A stretch of DNA of 64,000 nt from Chiloscyllium plagiosum (GCF_004010195.1 NC_057755.1:7089653-7153652), one strand, 5' to 3'. Positions 49,157-61,973 are shown, counted from the stretch's first letter. Notes: generated by a model not told the origin, from the sequence alone. A program made the numbers and translations.

Positions 49157-50142
49157 TTGACCAAACAGGTATATGAGAGTAAACCGGGTGATGTGGTGTA
49201 TATGGATTTCAGCAAGGGGTTCGATAAGGTTCCCCACAGTAGGCTATTGTACAAAATGGGGAGGAATGGGATTGTGGGAGATATAGCAGTTTGGATCAGT
49301 AATTATCTTGCTAAAAGAAGACAGAGGGTGTTGGTTGATGAGAAATGTTCATCCTGGAGTCCATTTACCAGTGGTGTACCGCAATGGTCGATCTTGGGTC
49401 CACTGCTGCTCGTCATTTTTATAAATGACCTGGATGAGGGCGTAGAAGGGTTGGTCAGTAAATTTGCAGATGACACTAAGGTCGGTGGAGCTGTGGATAG
49501 TGGCGAAGGATGTTGTAGGTTACAGAGAGACATAGATAAGCTGCAGAGCTGGGCTGAGAGGTGGCAAATGGAGTTTAATGCGGACAAGTGTGTGGTGATT
49601 CACTTTGGTCGGAGTAACAGGAATACAGAGTACTGGGCTAATGGTAAGATTCTTGGTAGTGTAGATGAGCAGAGAGATCTCGGTGTCCAGTTACATAGAT
49701 CCAGAAAAAAAAGTTGCGACCCAGGTGGACAGGGTTGTTAAGAAGGCATACAGTGTTTTAGCTTTTATTAATAGAGAGATCGAGTTCCGGAACCATGAGG
49801 TTATGCTAAGCTGTACAAAACTCTAGTGCGGGCGCACTTTGGAGCATTATAAGAAGGATGTGGAAGCTTTGGAAAGGGTGCAGAGGAGATTTACTAGGAT
49901 GTTGCCTGGTCTGGAGGGAAGGTCTTACGAGGAAAGGCTGAGGCACTTGAGACTGTTCTCGTTAGCTTTGCCTGCAACGGTAGTAGATTCGCCAAATTTA
50001 AGTACATTTAAGTCGTCATTGGACACGCATATGGACGTACATGGAATAGTGTAGGTGGGATGGGCTTCAAATTGGTATGACAGATGGGCGCAACAATGAA
50101 GGCCGAAGGGCCTGTACTGCGCTGAAATGTTCTATGTTCTAT
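49157..50142 (+). mobile_element. 5'-truncated CR1 LINE
   Basis: DVVYMDFSKGFDKVPH, SGVPQWSILGPLL, KFADDTKVGG; ttctatg tail. Confidence 0.92.
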
Positions 50143-50289
50143 AAGGTTCAAATGTACTCAACTTCAGCCCATTACACTCACACAGTGTGCCAGTTTGTGG
50201 TGGTGCAATCTTATTGTTGCTCTCTATTTAATGGGGTGGGGGTGGGGGCGGGAATAACAATGCTATTAGGCAGGAACTGGGGCACCTAA

Positions 50290-52655
50290 ATTGGGAACAG
50301 ATGCTCTCAGGAAAATATACAACAGAAATGTTGAGGCTTCATTGAGAGCACTTGCTGAATAGGTTTGTTCCACTGAGACAAGGAAGGGATGTTAGGATGA
50401 AGGAACCTTGAGTGACAAGGGATGTAGAACTTCTACTCAAGAGGAAGAAGGAAGCTTACTTAAGGCTGAGGAGACAAAGATCAGAGAGATCTCCAGAGCA
50501 TTACAAGATAGCCAGGACGGAACTGAAGAGTGGACTTCGGAGAACCAGAAGAGGGCATGAAAAATCTTTAGCTTAAAGAAAACCCTACCGCGATCTACAC
50601 TTATGTGAGGAGCAAGAGGATGGTGAGATTGAAGGTAGGGCCAGTCAGGGATAGTGGACGGACTTGTGCTTGGAGTCGGAGGAGGTAGGGGAAGTCCTTA
50701 ATGAATACTTTGCTTCAGTATTGATCACTGAGAGGGACCTTATCGTTTGTGAGGACAGCGTGAAAGAGACTGATATGCTCAATCAGGTTGATATTAAGAG
50801 AACGATGTGCTGAAAATTTTGAGAAACAGAAGGATAAGTAAGTCCCTGGGTCGGAGGGCATAGACCCTAGGTTGATATGAGAAATGAGGGAAGAGATTGC
50901 TGAGCCTTTGGCGATGATATTTGCGTTCTCACTGTCCACTGGAATAATGCTAGATGGTTGGAGGATCGCAAATTTATTCCCTTGTTGAAGGAAGGGAGTA
51001 AGAATAATACTGGGAATTACAGACCAGTCAATCTTATGTCAGTGGTGTGCAAAATATTGGAGAGGATTCTGAGAGGCAGGATTTATGATTACATGGAAAA
51101 CCATAGTTTTATTAGAGACAACCAACATGGCTTTGTGATGGACAGATCATGCCTCACAAGTTTTATTGAATTACTTGAGAATGTGGCAAAACAACCTGAT
51201 GAAGGTAGAGCAGTGGATGTGGTGTACATGGATTTAAGCAAGGCGTTTGATAAATTTCCCCATGATAGGCTCATTTAGAAAGTAAGCAGGCATGGGGTAT
51301 AGTGAAATCTGGCTAGCTCATAGAGAAACGTCGATTCTCCTGTTCCCTGGATGCTGCCTGACCTGCTGCGCTTTTCCAGCAACACATTTCCATCTCATTT
51401 AGAAAGTAAGCAGGCATGGGGTATAGTGAAATCTGGCTAGCTCATAGAAGACAGAGGATAGTCATAGATGGATAGCATTCAGCCTGGTGCTTGGTGAGCA
51501 GTTGTATCCCGCAGGGATCTGAACTGGGACCTCTGCTCTTTTTGATTTTTATAAATGACTTGGATGAAGATGTGGAAAGATGGGACAGTAAGTTTGGCAA
51601 AGACACGAGGTTTAGTGGAGTGGTGGATAGTGTGTTGTGTCGCCATTGTCTTACCAGACCAAAGGGCTGCTGCCCCATTAGAGAGAAGTAACGTGGTTAT
51701 TTAACCTGAGGGTCACCAAACCTCAGGCGAGGGAAGAGGTTGTGAAGGAGAGTCTTTCATGGTAACTTCAAACTTGTAATGGGAATTGAGCCCACGCTGT
51801 TGACGTCACACTTCTCTGTAAACCAACAATCCAGCCAACTGAACTAAACTGATTCCCCGTGGGTAGTGTGGAGGGCTGTTGTAGGTTGCTGCGAGATATT
51901 GACAGGATGCAGAACTAGGCTGATGGAGTTCAGCTTGGAAAAGTGTGAAATAATTCACTTTGGAAGGTCCAATTTGAATGCAGATTACAGGGTTAAAGGC
52001 AGTATTCTTGGCAGTATGGAGGGTTCCATGTCCATAGATCCCTCAAAGTTGCTACACAAGTTGGTTGGGTTGTTAAGAATGCGTATGGTGTGTTGTCTTT
52101 CATTAGCAGGGGGATTGCGTTTAAGAGGCGTGAGGTAATGCTGCATCTCTATAGAGTTCTGGTTAGACCACACTTGCAATATTGTGTTCAGTCCTGGTCG
52201 CCTTATTATTAAGAAGGATGTAGATGCTTTAGAGAGAGTGAGGAGGAGATTTACCAAGATTTTGCGTGGATTGGAGGGTATGTCGTATAAAGAGAGGTTG
52301 ACTGAGCTTGGGCTTTTCACACTGGAAAGAAGAAGGAAGAGAGGTGACTTGATAGAGGTGTAAAAAATACTGAGAGGCATAGATAGAGTAGATAGCCAGA
52401 GAATTTTCATAAGGGCAAAAATGGCTGTCACATGGGATCATAATTTTAAGGTGATTGGAGGAAGGTATAGGGTGATATCAGTGCACTGCCAGCGGTGGTA
52501 GTAAACTCAGAGATATTAGTGACATTTAAGCGACTGCTGCACAATCACATGAACGGCAATAAATTGAGGGTGTGTAGGTAAAGTTGATCGTAGATTAAGA
52601 TAAATGCTCGGTACAACATCGTGGGCCGAAGCTGCTGTACTGTTCTATGTTCTTG
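50290..52655 (+). mobile_element. Degenerate CR1 ORF2 with nested SINE and a hammerhead-element fragment
   Basis: GNYRPVNLMSVVCKILE, QHGF, SKAFDKFPH, PQGSELGPLLF. Confidence 0.9.
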
Positions 52656-53699
52656 TAGTCTGCTTCAGCCAGAGCTCATCGACTCCATTGATTCCAATTT
52701 TGTTTTTTTTTCATCCTTTTGTCTTTCTGTTCCTCCTCTTCTCTCTTCTTCTCCTCACAACACGCGGCCTTGGAACTTGAGGACTTTGAATTTTCTGCCT
52801 CAGAACTCTCGGCCTTCAAACTCCTGCCCTCAACACGCACCTAATTGGACGACCTCTCAGCCTGGTTTGGTGATCTTCAGCGTGGTAGTCTTTGAGCAAT
52901 ACATGGCGCTCTCTAAGCCTGGCATGGTCTCGGTGAGGATTTCAAAATTTAAGCTGCTACCAAAGGAATGTCCCGGCATTGTGAGCCCTGAGGTGAAGTC
53001 AGGCGCAATCTGAATCAAGGTTCTCTGTGAACGGGAAGGTCGGTTCGTCATGGACCCTTTCTATGTAGGTTTTTTCTTAAATATTTAGTTTATTTCTAAA
53101 TCTGCAATGCTGGATTTTTAAAAATAAACTTATCTAATTTTTCAATAAGTGTAAATCAAAAAGCGACAACTAAGGACCTTCGTACCTAAGATGGCGCCAA
53201 AAGCAACGACATGCAGAATTTTCATAAAATACATTTGAATACATGTGACAATAAAGCAATTCATTCATTTATCCATTCAAAGTCATTCTTTAAGGAATGA
53301 AGCAGACGTGCAATCTGAGAGATTCACAAACTGTGATGCGTTCTCAAAAAAAAAGCCCTTCTACAATGTCGTGGGCAGCCCAGCAAATGGTGACCTTGTA
53401 TCATTTTAAACACGAGAGAGAGAGAGAGAGAGGTAGGGGGTGGGGGCGCGGAATTGACTCCAAAACAACACAGGCCCCATTGGACAGAAACAGAAATGCA
53501 CTAAAACATACAGACACACTGATGCATTCCTAAGTTGAAGAAAACCCCAGGAGCAGGGTCTGTCCCTCTTGGAAGAGAGGGGATGCGAGAAACCGTCGAC
53601 AGATCTGGGACCAGCTGGAATAGTGACCGCCACCTATTCAGTTTCTCAATGACTTTACTCCTGGTTGTCTCTGGCTCTTTCCCTAATCTCTCATAATGG

Positions 53700-53930
53700 C
53701 TGTTCTTCTGCTGCATCTCTCTGTCCTCTTGCTGTCTTTATCTCTCTCTCTCTTTCTCTTTGTCTGTCTGTCCCTGGCATTGTTTCTTTCTCTCCCTATC
53801 TCTGTCCTTCCGTCAATTCCTCTCTATCTGTACTCTCTCTCTCTCCCTCTTTCTCCATCCCCGCTCTCTATCCCTCTCTCTGTAATTTATCCATCTCTCT
53901 CTTTCTCTCTCAGCACTCCTTTCTTCCTCC
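53700..53930. repeat. (CT)-rich low-complexity tract
   Basis: Imperfect TC repeats. Confidence 0.9.
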
Positions 53931-53942
53931 ATCATTAGTGTG

Positions 53943-54185
53943 CGGCCCGGTGGCACAGTGGTTAGCACTGCTGCCTCGCAGCGCTAGAGACCCGGGTTCA
54001 GTTCCCGCCTCAGGCAACTGACTCCCCGGGTTTGCTCCGGTTTCCTCCCACAGTCACAAAGATGTGCAGGTTTGGTGAATTGGCCATGTTAGGTACGGGG
54101 TAAATGTAAATGTATGGGTGGGTTGCGGGTCGGTGTGGACTTGTTGGGCCGAAGGGCCTGTTTCCACACTGTAATCTAATCTAAA
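53943..54185 (+). mobile_element. HE1-type SINE with internal deletions
   Basis: tRNA head ggtggcacagtggttagcactgc...gggttcagttccc; taatc tail. Confidence 0.88.
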
Positions 54186-54779
54186 TCATTTTCTCTCCTT
54201 CAGACCTGAAAGTGCCCCAAACTTATTGGGGTTATAAGTTTGCACCCCAATAATATTTTGCCCCCATTTTACCCCCTTGCAAATGTATGCCCTTCCCCAA
54301 ATGAGTTTTCCCTCCCAGACATTTACCTCAACAACTGTGTACCCCCCCACCTTAATATTTCACTGTCCCCAATATTGCCATGAGAGCAGTTCCCTGGTGT
54401 CAAGATAAATATGTATGTGTTGACTGTCTAGCATGTGACTGACTGCTTTAATGCACGGCAAGATTCAAGTCCCAAAATTACAGAAGCATAAGGTCACAGG
54501 GGAGCCTTTTGCCCCGTCATCCCTTCCATCATTAAATGATCAGGTCCAGTCTATCTCCTCAGGATTTGCCTCTCACTGGCCTTATTGACTGACCTTCGCA
54601 TGAAAACTGCTCATCCGCCCTTTCTCATATTCTGCCTTGCGTGCTCTCCCCCTCCATCTTTCTCTGTCCTACAACAACCCCTCCTTATTTCTACCTCATG
54701 CCCTTGAGCTAAGGATCAGATGATAGAGTAGGTAGTGACCAATCAGATACAGCAAAATTGGGTGGGTACATGCATTTGA

Positions 54780-56060
54780 CAACTTTCCCTATGCTAGGCT
54801 CATTCAGAAAGTAAGAAGGCTTGGGATACAGGAACATCTGGCTGCATGGGTACATAATTGCTTGGTCCATAGAAGACAATGATGGAACATATTCTGCCAG
54901 GAGCTCAGTGAGCAGTGGTGTCCTGCAGGAATCAGTTCTGGGGTCTTTGCTCTTTATGGTGTTTATAAATGGCTTGGATGAAGAAGTGGAAGGGTGGCTT
55001 AGTAAGTTTGGTGATGACACGAAGGCCGATGGAATTTTGGATAGCGTGGAGGGCTGTTGTAGGTTGCAAAGATACATTGAAAATGTGTTGCTGGAAAAGC
55101 GCAGCAGGTCAGGCAGCATCCAAGGAACAGGAGAATCGACGTTTCGGGCATAAGCCCTTCTTCAGCCCTGAAGCCCTGAAGAAGGGCTTATGCCCGAAAC
55201 GTCGATTCTCCTGTTCCTTGGATGCTGCCTGACCTGCTGCGCTTTTCCAGCAACACATTTTCAGCTCTGATCTCCAGCATCTGCAGCCCTCACTTTCTCT
55301 GCAAAGATACATTGACAGGATGCGGGACTGGGCTGATAAGTGACGGATGGAGTTCAACCTGGGAAAGTGTGATGTTATTTACTTTCGAAGGTTGAATTTG
55401 AACGCAAAATATATAGTTAAAGGCAGGATTCTTTGCAGTGTGGAGGAACAGAGGAATCTTGTGATCCATGTTCATAGATCCCTCCAATTTGCCACCCAAA
55501 GTGATAAGGTTGTTAAGAAGGCATATGGCATGTTGTCTTTCAATAGGAGGGGCATTGAGTTTAAGAACCGTGAGGTTATGCTACAGCTCTTTATATAGTC
55601 CTGGTTAGACCACACCCACTTGTAATGTTGTGATCAGTTCTGGTCGCCTCATTGTAGGAAAAGTGTGGAAACTTTTGAGAAGGTGCAGTGGAGGTTCACC
55701 AGGATGCTGCCTGGGTTGGAGTGCATGTGTTGTGAAGAAAGGTTGAAGGAGATACGGCTTTTCTCATTGGAGTGAAGAAGGATGAGAGGTGACTTGATGA
55801 GGTGTACAAGATGATGAAAGGCGTAGATAATTTGGAAAGTCAGAGACCTTTTCCCATTGTGGAAATGGTTGTAATAAATGGCATAATTTTAATGTGATTC
55901 GAGGAAGTTTTGAGGGAGATGTCAGATGTAGGTTGTTAACGCAGAGAATGGTGGGTGCATGGAATGCTCTGTCAGCAGTCGTAATAAAGTCAGTAACATT
56001 AGGGACATTTAAGCCACTCTTGGATAATCACATAGAATTTAGTACAATGACGGAGGCGGT
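54780..56060 (+). mobile_element. Degenerate CR1 3' half
   Basis: SGVLQESVLGSLLF, KFGDDTK, MEFNLGKC. Confidence 0.88.
55081..55299. mobile_element. Young perfect-palindrome hammerhead element with a 16-bp TSD
   Basis: 88-bp perfect inverted arms (55078-55165 / 55176-55263). Intact CTGAAGA-A-GGGC-TTAT-GCCC-GAAA-CGTC on both strands. TSD tgcaaagatacattga (55065-55080, 55300-55315). Confidence 0.92.
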
Positions 56061-56089
56061 GGGTTATTTAGAGATGTTACAGGGAAGTA

Positions 56090-56678
56090 GTTACTCCACT
56101 GACACGTGAATAAGGTCGATGGGTTCCTGTCAGGGAAAGGGAACCGGCAGGCAGAGCAATGATCTCCTTTGATAGTTCCCTTCAATAACAAGTATACTGT
56201 TTTGGATACTATGGGGGGTGGGGGTGGGGGGAGCGCATACCAGGGATAAGCAATGCGGCACTGGACTCTGGCACAGAGTCTGTCCCGTTGCTCAGAAAGG
56301 AACAGGGTAGAAGAGCAGAGCTTAAGTCATTGGGGACTCCATAGTTAGGGGGACAGAAAGGAGGTTTTGCGTGAATGAGGGAGACTCATGATTGGTGTGT
56401 TGCCTCGCAGGTGCCAGGGTGCATGATGTCTCTGATCGTGTTTTTGGGATCCTTGAGGAAGAAGGGAAGCAGCTCAAAGTCGTGGTCCACATAGGCACCA
56501 ACGACATAGGTAGGTAGAAAGGTGGGCATCGAAGGTAGAAATTCAGGGAGCTAGGTTGGAAGCTTAGAACTAGAACAAACAGAGGTGTTACTTTTGGTTT
56601 GTTGCCCATGCCACGTGCTGGTGAAGCACGGAGCGGGGAGAGAGCGGAGCGATGATGCGGGAGGGAGGGTTTTGGATT
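56090..56678 (+). mobile_element. CR1 ORF1 esterase fragment
   Basis: VIGDSIVRGTERRFC...VCCLAGARV...VVVHIGTNDIG. Confidence 0.85.
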
Positions 56679-57485
56679 ATAGAACATAGAACACAGCACC
56701 TTCGGTCCTTGATGTTGCACCAATATGTTGAATTAATCTGGTGCCCATCTAACCTGTACAATGCCATTATTATCCATATGTATGAAAAATGCCGATTAAA
56801 TTCCCTTAACATCAGCGAGTCTACTACTGTCACAGGCACGCCGTTCCACGCCCCTGCTACTCTCTGAGTACAGAAACGACCCCTTTTATATGTCCTAAAT
56901 CTATCGCCCCTCAGTTTAAAGCTGTGTACCCACGTATTAGCCATCATCATTCGAAGAAAAAGGGTCTCACTGTCTACCCTATCTAAACTTCTGATTATCT
57001 TATACGTCTCTATAAAGTCAACTCTCAATCTTCTTCTTTCCAACGAAAATAGCTTCAGTTCCCTCAGCCATTTCTCGTAAGACCTTCCTTCCATACCAGA
57101 CAACATCGTAGTAAATCTCCTCTGGACCCTTTACAAAGTTTCCACATCCTTCCTATAATTCGGTGACCAGAACTGTATGCAATATCCCAGGTGCGGCCTT
57201 ACCACTCTCCTGTACACTTTGTGTCTCTGAAACTCAATCGCCCTACCAATAAACGCCAACACACCATATGCCTTCCTAATAGCCCTATCGACCTGGCAAT
57301 TTTCAGGAATTTATGCACCTGGACACTGAGATCTCTCTGGTCATCTACTCTGCCAAGAATTTTACCATTAGCCCAGTACTCTACATTCCTGTTATTTCTT
57401 CTGAAGATAACTTCCTCACACGTTTCTGCATTGAGCTCTATTTGCCATGTCTCTGCCTAGCTGTGCATCTTATCTATGTCCAGCT
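56679..57485 (-). mobile_element. CR1 3' fragment
   Basis: (agaacat)n tail at 56680; LKLFSLERRRLRVDFIETYKI. Confidence 0.88.
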
Positions 57486-57636
57486 GGATGCTAGATGATT
57501 TGTTAGTTTTAAATCTGAGATAAATACGAATTTTTGTTAAGAAAAGGTATTAAGGTTTATGGGTCAGGTTTAGGCACATGGGGTTAGCTCAGCCATGATC
57601 TTATTGCATCACACAACAGGCTTGAGGGGTTGAATG

Positions 57637-57734
57637 TGGGTCAAGATTAGAGTGGTGCTGGAAAAGCACAGTAGATCAGCCAACATCCGAGGAGCAGGAA
57701 AATCTACGTTTCGGGCAGGAGCCCTTCATCAGGA
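57637..57734 (-). mobile_element. Single-arm hammerhead element with a 13-bp TSD
   Basis: Minus strand CTGATGA-A-GGGC-TCCT-GCCC-GAAA-CGTA; TSD gaggggttgaatg (57624-57636, 57735-57747). Confidence 0.85.
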
Positions 57735-58059
57735 GAGGGGTTGAATGGCCGACTCCTGTTCCTTTGTCTCCCTGAAAATCTGGTGATTGCTTTTGAGGCT
57801 GAGTTTCAGAGAAATGTCTGAATGTATTTGATTGAAGGCCAGCAGGGAATGGAAGGAGCTGAAAGGCAGTGTTGAGGAGGGGAATGGGAAGATTCTGAAA
57901 GCTGCCACAAAATCTCTGGGCACCATCTTCTTTGATGCTAGCAGTCCGTGACCCGGTTGGAATGGAAGCTGCTCCTGCCGATGATATCCTCAAATTAGCG
58001 GATATCTTTGTGCAGTCTCTCAGTGATCAAATAGTCCTCCATCACGGGCCACCTGACAG

Positions 58060-58490
58060 CAGAGATCAGGGTCCATTACTGGGGATATGGCTTCACAATA
58101 GTCAGACGCTGGGATTCATTATCGGGCATACTGTGATCACAACAGTCAGGGGGTGGGAGCTATTACTGGGGATAGGGGTTGACAACCAGCAGGGAGCAGC
58201 TCTGTTACCAGGAACACCATGTTCACAACGATCAGGGGTGGGGCCGATTACTGGTGACACCATGGTACAAGGGAACGGGGAGGGGTCTATTAGCATGGAT
58301 ACTGGTTTCACAATGGTCATCGAATTGGGCCTGTTACTGGGAACACTGGAGTCATAGAGGTCAAGGATGGGGTCTGCTACTGGGGTCACAATGGTTGGGG
58401 ATGGAGCCTGTCACCTGGGAGACCGAGGTCACAGAAGTCTATCCGATGGGCATGTTTCAGGGGACACAGCTGTCACAAAATTCAGGCGTT
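58060..58490. repeat. Degenerate ~43-bp minisatellite (~10 units)
   Basis: (A/G)TTAC-like anchor recurs at 58075, 58118, 58162, 58204, 58247, 58289, 58333, 58376, 58410 and 58454. Confidence 0.75.
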
Positions 58491-58589
58491 AGTGGTCACA
58501 AACGAGAGGGCCTGGAGGGGGGAGTGGGAGTATGCTCTATCTTTCTCCACTTAATGAGATCTATGCCCATGAAGTTGGGGGTGCAACAT

Positions 58590-59065
58590 TAACATGAACA
58601 GAGGATTGACCAACTCATAGAACAGAAAGTGGCCATAAAGGGGTGGGGGTAGTCGAAATTTCAGGATGGCAACTTATAACTAGACAAGTGTGATAGGGAT
58701 CAGTGGTGGGGCCACAGTTATTGCTAATATATACGTTAATTACTTGGATGAGGGAAATGAATGTACTATCAGCACGTTTGTGAATGACACACAAATCAGC
58801 GGAAAGGCAAGTGATTCAGGGTATCAGACTCTCCAGAGGGTTATAGAGGGATTAAATGAGTGGGTGAAAACTTGGCACCTGGAATATTATGAATGGAAAT
58901 ATGAGGTGATGCACTTTGACTGGAAGAATACGGAATTTGAATATTATCTAAACAGAGAAAGACTGCAGAAAGCTACAACACGGAAGGATTTGGGAGCGTT
59001 CATTCATGAATCAGAAAGAACCAGGATCTGTGTTCAGTGGTTAATAGGAATGCGAACGGAATACT
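58590..59065 (+). mobile_element. Degenerate CR1 RT fragment
   Basis: IYVNYLDEG...STFVNDTQISG...EWVKTWHLEY. Confidence 0.8.
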
Positions 59066-59682
59066 GGAGACAAAATTTGAATTTGCTTGAAAAACAATTT
59101 TCTAAACTTCAGATTCCCTGGTTAGAGATATGCAAACGTGGGCCCGAGGATATAGGCAGGTCACTAAAACTTTTTTTCAACAATTGCTTATGAGAGTTTA
59201 TTGTAAGATTAATTCTAAAACATGAATGACTGCTGTATATTGAAATGAGGACAATTGTAACATGATAATACGACTTAGTTTTTGAAACTTTTTAAAATCT
59301 ACCCACAGAAGCAATTTATTTAATTCAATAAGAGTGAAAGAAAACTATCTTCACCATGTCGTCTAATTTCTTTAGGACTCATTTGTCTTTAATTTTCTGA
59401 GGTGAGTTAGTGATGAAACAGCTCCACGGGTTGCACTGGAAATGAAGCATTGCTATTCTCGCAATTGTTACACAAAGTTAATAATTTCAAAATGTCCACT
59501 GCATTCCTCAACTTACCTGTCTTTTAGAACAAGGGTAACAGAAAGAATGGTCCATGCCTTTGTACCGATTGGAACATATAATTTAATAAAAGTGAATAGA
59601 CTTCAGATACAGCCAAATTAACAAGAGCCATTAGCGTATAACCAAAATAATCAAATCTCTAATCCCTTTGGGACTCATTTTT

Positions 59683-59688
59683 ACACAC

Positions 59689-59720
<32 letters not shown>

Positions 59721-59885
59721 TTCCACAGGAATGCATATGCTAACACACGCACACTGCGTCATACACACATCAACTTCTTCACCTACAGCCCACACCTACA
59801 TACATACCTGCAAATCCTATCATAAGCACACACACACAGCTGCATGTGTGCACGCACACACACACATATAAATGCACACACACAG
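59683..59885. repeat. (AC)-rich tract
   Basis: Imperfect CA repeats. Confidence 0.9.
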
Positions 59886-61304
59886 AGGAGACAAAAATAT
59901 AGGTGTTGTATATGGAGGAAGAGACGGAGAAGGGAGTTCCATGGATCCGCTTCACGTGTAAGATAAGATGGTTGCATTGGTTCTTGGGCTCGTCAGAATG
60001 CTGCTTCAATGTCTTTATTACCTGGGGACTCTCATTGATTGACAAAAGGTGCGAGGACGGATTCACACATATGATCATTCTTTAATGTGTTCATGAAACG
60101 ACAGAGCTAACAACAACTGCTGGAGCAAATACAAACCTGTTTTCTTCAGACTTCATGTAGCTTTTACTGCGGAGAAAGGAGAGAACTCCTGAGATGATTC
60201 TATGTATTTTGTTTAGAGTCCCAACTAGTCAGGGACCTAAACCACCGTCACGTGGCTGTTGGCAGGTTGAGAGCCTTTGTCATTGATAATTGGTCACTAG
60301 TTCACAGACCAATCAGCGACATAATGCATCTGGAAATAGCATAGTTCATGTGCAACCATACTTCAATCATTGGGTTGCTCTCACTGACAGGTGAATTGCT
60401 TTCAAACCATGCAGCAATTCTCCACTAATCCTTTCCTTTCAAATTAGCTCTTCTATCATTTTAGTCCACAATTAAACGCCAGATATTTTAGAAACGATCT
60501 TTAAATATGTTCGTCCTGAGAAAAAATGAAATTACATTTCTAAATGCATTGCCTTACAAAATACATGATGGTCAAAAACATAAAAGGCAAGACTCCAGTA
60601 CATTTATTATTTGTACCCTCTTACGACCTTATGCAATCTTAGCATTCCTTCAAACCTTCATTTATCCAGCATTTTGTCAATTGGAACACTACATCAGCAA
60701 TTAAATTAAGTTTTCAAACAATGCGTATGATCTTGCCATTAAATGATTGCAACAATCAGTCCGACTGAAGAGTCTTCCATTCTTCATTAGTAATATTTCA
60801 GCAAAGGCCAGTGAATTATGATCAGTGCAGTGTAGCATTTTATTGTTCTTTGTTGGATACAAACTTTAAAGTGTTGAGAAGCCATCAGCAATCCCAAAGA
60901 ATCTTTTTCTCTGGGAGAGTATTTTTACCATGACTGGTATTGTTTCTAAGAGAAGTACTCTCCGGGGTTCTCTGTTGCTGATTCAACATCCTATAGCAAT
61001 ACAGCACACAGCCCGATGTGACCACTATTAACTACGATTTGGTAACGTCTGGAAAAATCAGGGATGGCCATTTATTTAAATTGCTTCCATCCTTCCAAAT
61101 GCAGCCTTTCAGATTGCTAAACAGACAACACTTGCTTGTTTCATTTAAAATTTTGTTAAAAGCAGAGGAATACAGCTAAAATGTTGTGCAAACTTCTAGT
61201 AAACTCATACCTTCCTGAACATTTGTTAATTTTTCATTTAGTCTTAAGACCAAGGAATTGTATTAGCTGCTTCATTTTTGTTGTCTTCAGCCATATCCAT
61301 GTGG

Positions 61305-61700
61305 TTATACGTGCATGTCTGTGTGTGTTTATATACATATGTGTCCCTGCATATCTGTGTGTATGAATGTGGACATCTCTGCATGCATACAAGCATATGT
61401 TTGTGAGTGCCTGCATGTTTTTGTATGTTAATGTGTCTCTCCGCATTATATACATGTGCTTGTCTCTCTTTCTCTCTGTATGTATTTCCGTTTCTGTCTA
61501 TGTGTGCACTTTAGCCTACCTATGTGGGCTTCTGTCTCTGTATCAGTGTATCTGTGCGTTTCTATCTGTGCATCCATGTGAATGGCGATCTAACTGTGTA
61601 TATGCATCTATATATTTGTTAGCATATAAAAATGTGTGCATTACAGTGCAATTATCTGCCTGTGTGTATCTGTGTGTGTGTGTCTGTACCTGTCCCTGTG
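61305..61700. repeat. (TG/TA)-rich degenerate tract
   Basis: Imperfect TG repeats. Confidence 0.85.
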
Positions 61701-61973
61701 TAGTTGCGCCTGTTGAGTGGTTAATGTAATATTATGTATCTATGCTTCTATGTAGCTCTGTGCAATTTTGTCTTTATTGTTTTCTGGGTTTATTTACATC
61801 ACATGAATTGCAGCGGTTCAAGAGAAAGCTCTCCACCAACTGCTCAAAGGGCAACTGGGAGCGAGCAATAAACATTGACGCAACCAGCAATGCCGATGTC
61901 CCACGAGTGAATTAAAACAAAATTCCATGCTCTTGAAACATTAGAACCCGACTGTGGGCTTCACTGGGTCGTT

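Noticed and set aside
49076..49741. 221-aa RT ORF as a functional or domesticated gene
   Set aside because: It is a 5'-truncated CR1 fragment with a PQG-to-PQW change and a downstream frameshift.
57790..58055. Possible minus-strand pseudo-exon (WPVMEDYLITERLHKDIR*FEDIIG...)
   Set aside because: It has in-frame stops and no family I can recognise; a TBLASTX search would be needed.
58060..58490. CRISPR-like array
   Set aside because: Whole units are mutually similar with no constant repeat and unique spacers, there are no cas genes, and the context is vertebrate.
60020..60138. Minus-strand AG...GT bounded segment resembling an exon
   Set aside because: All three frames contain stops and the acceptor lacks a polypyrimidine tract.
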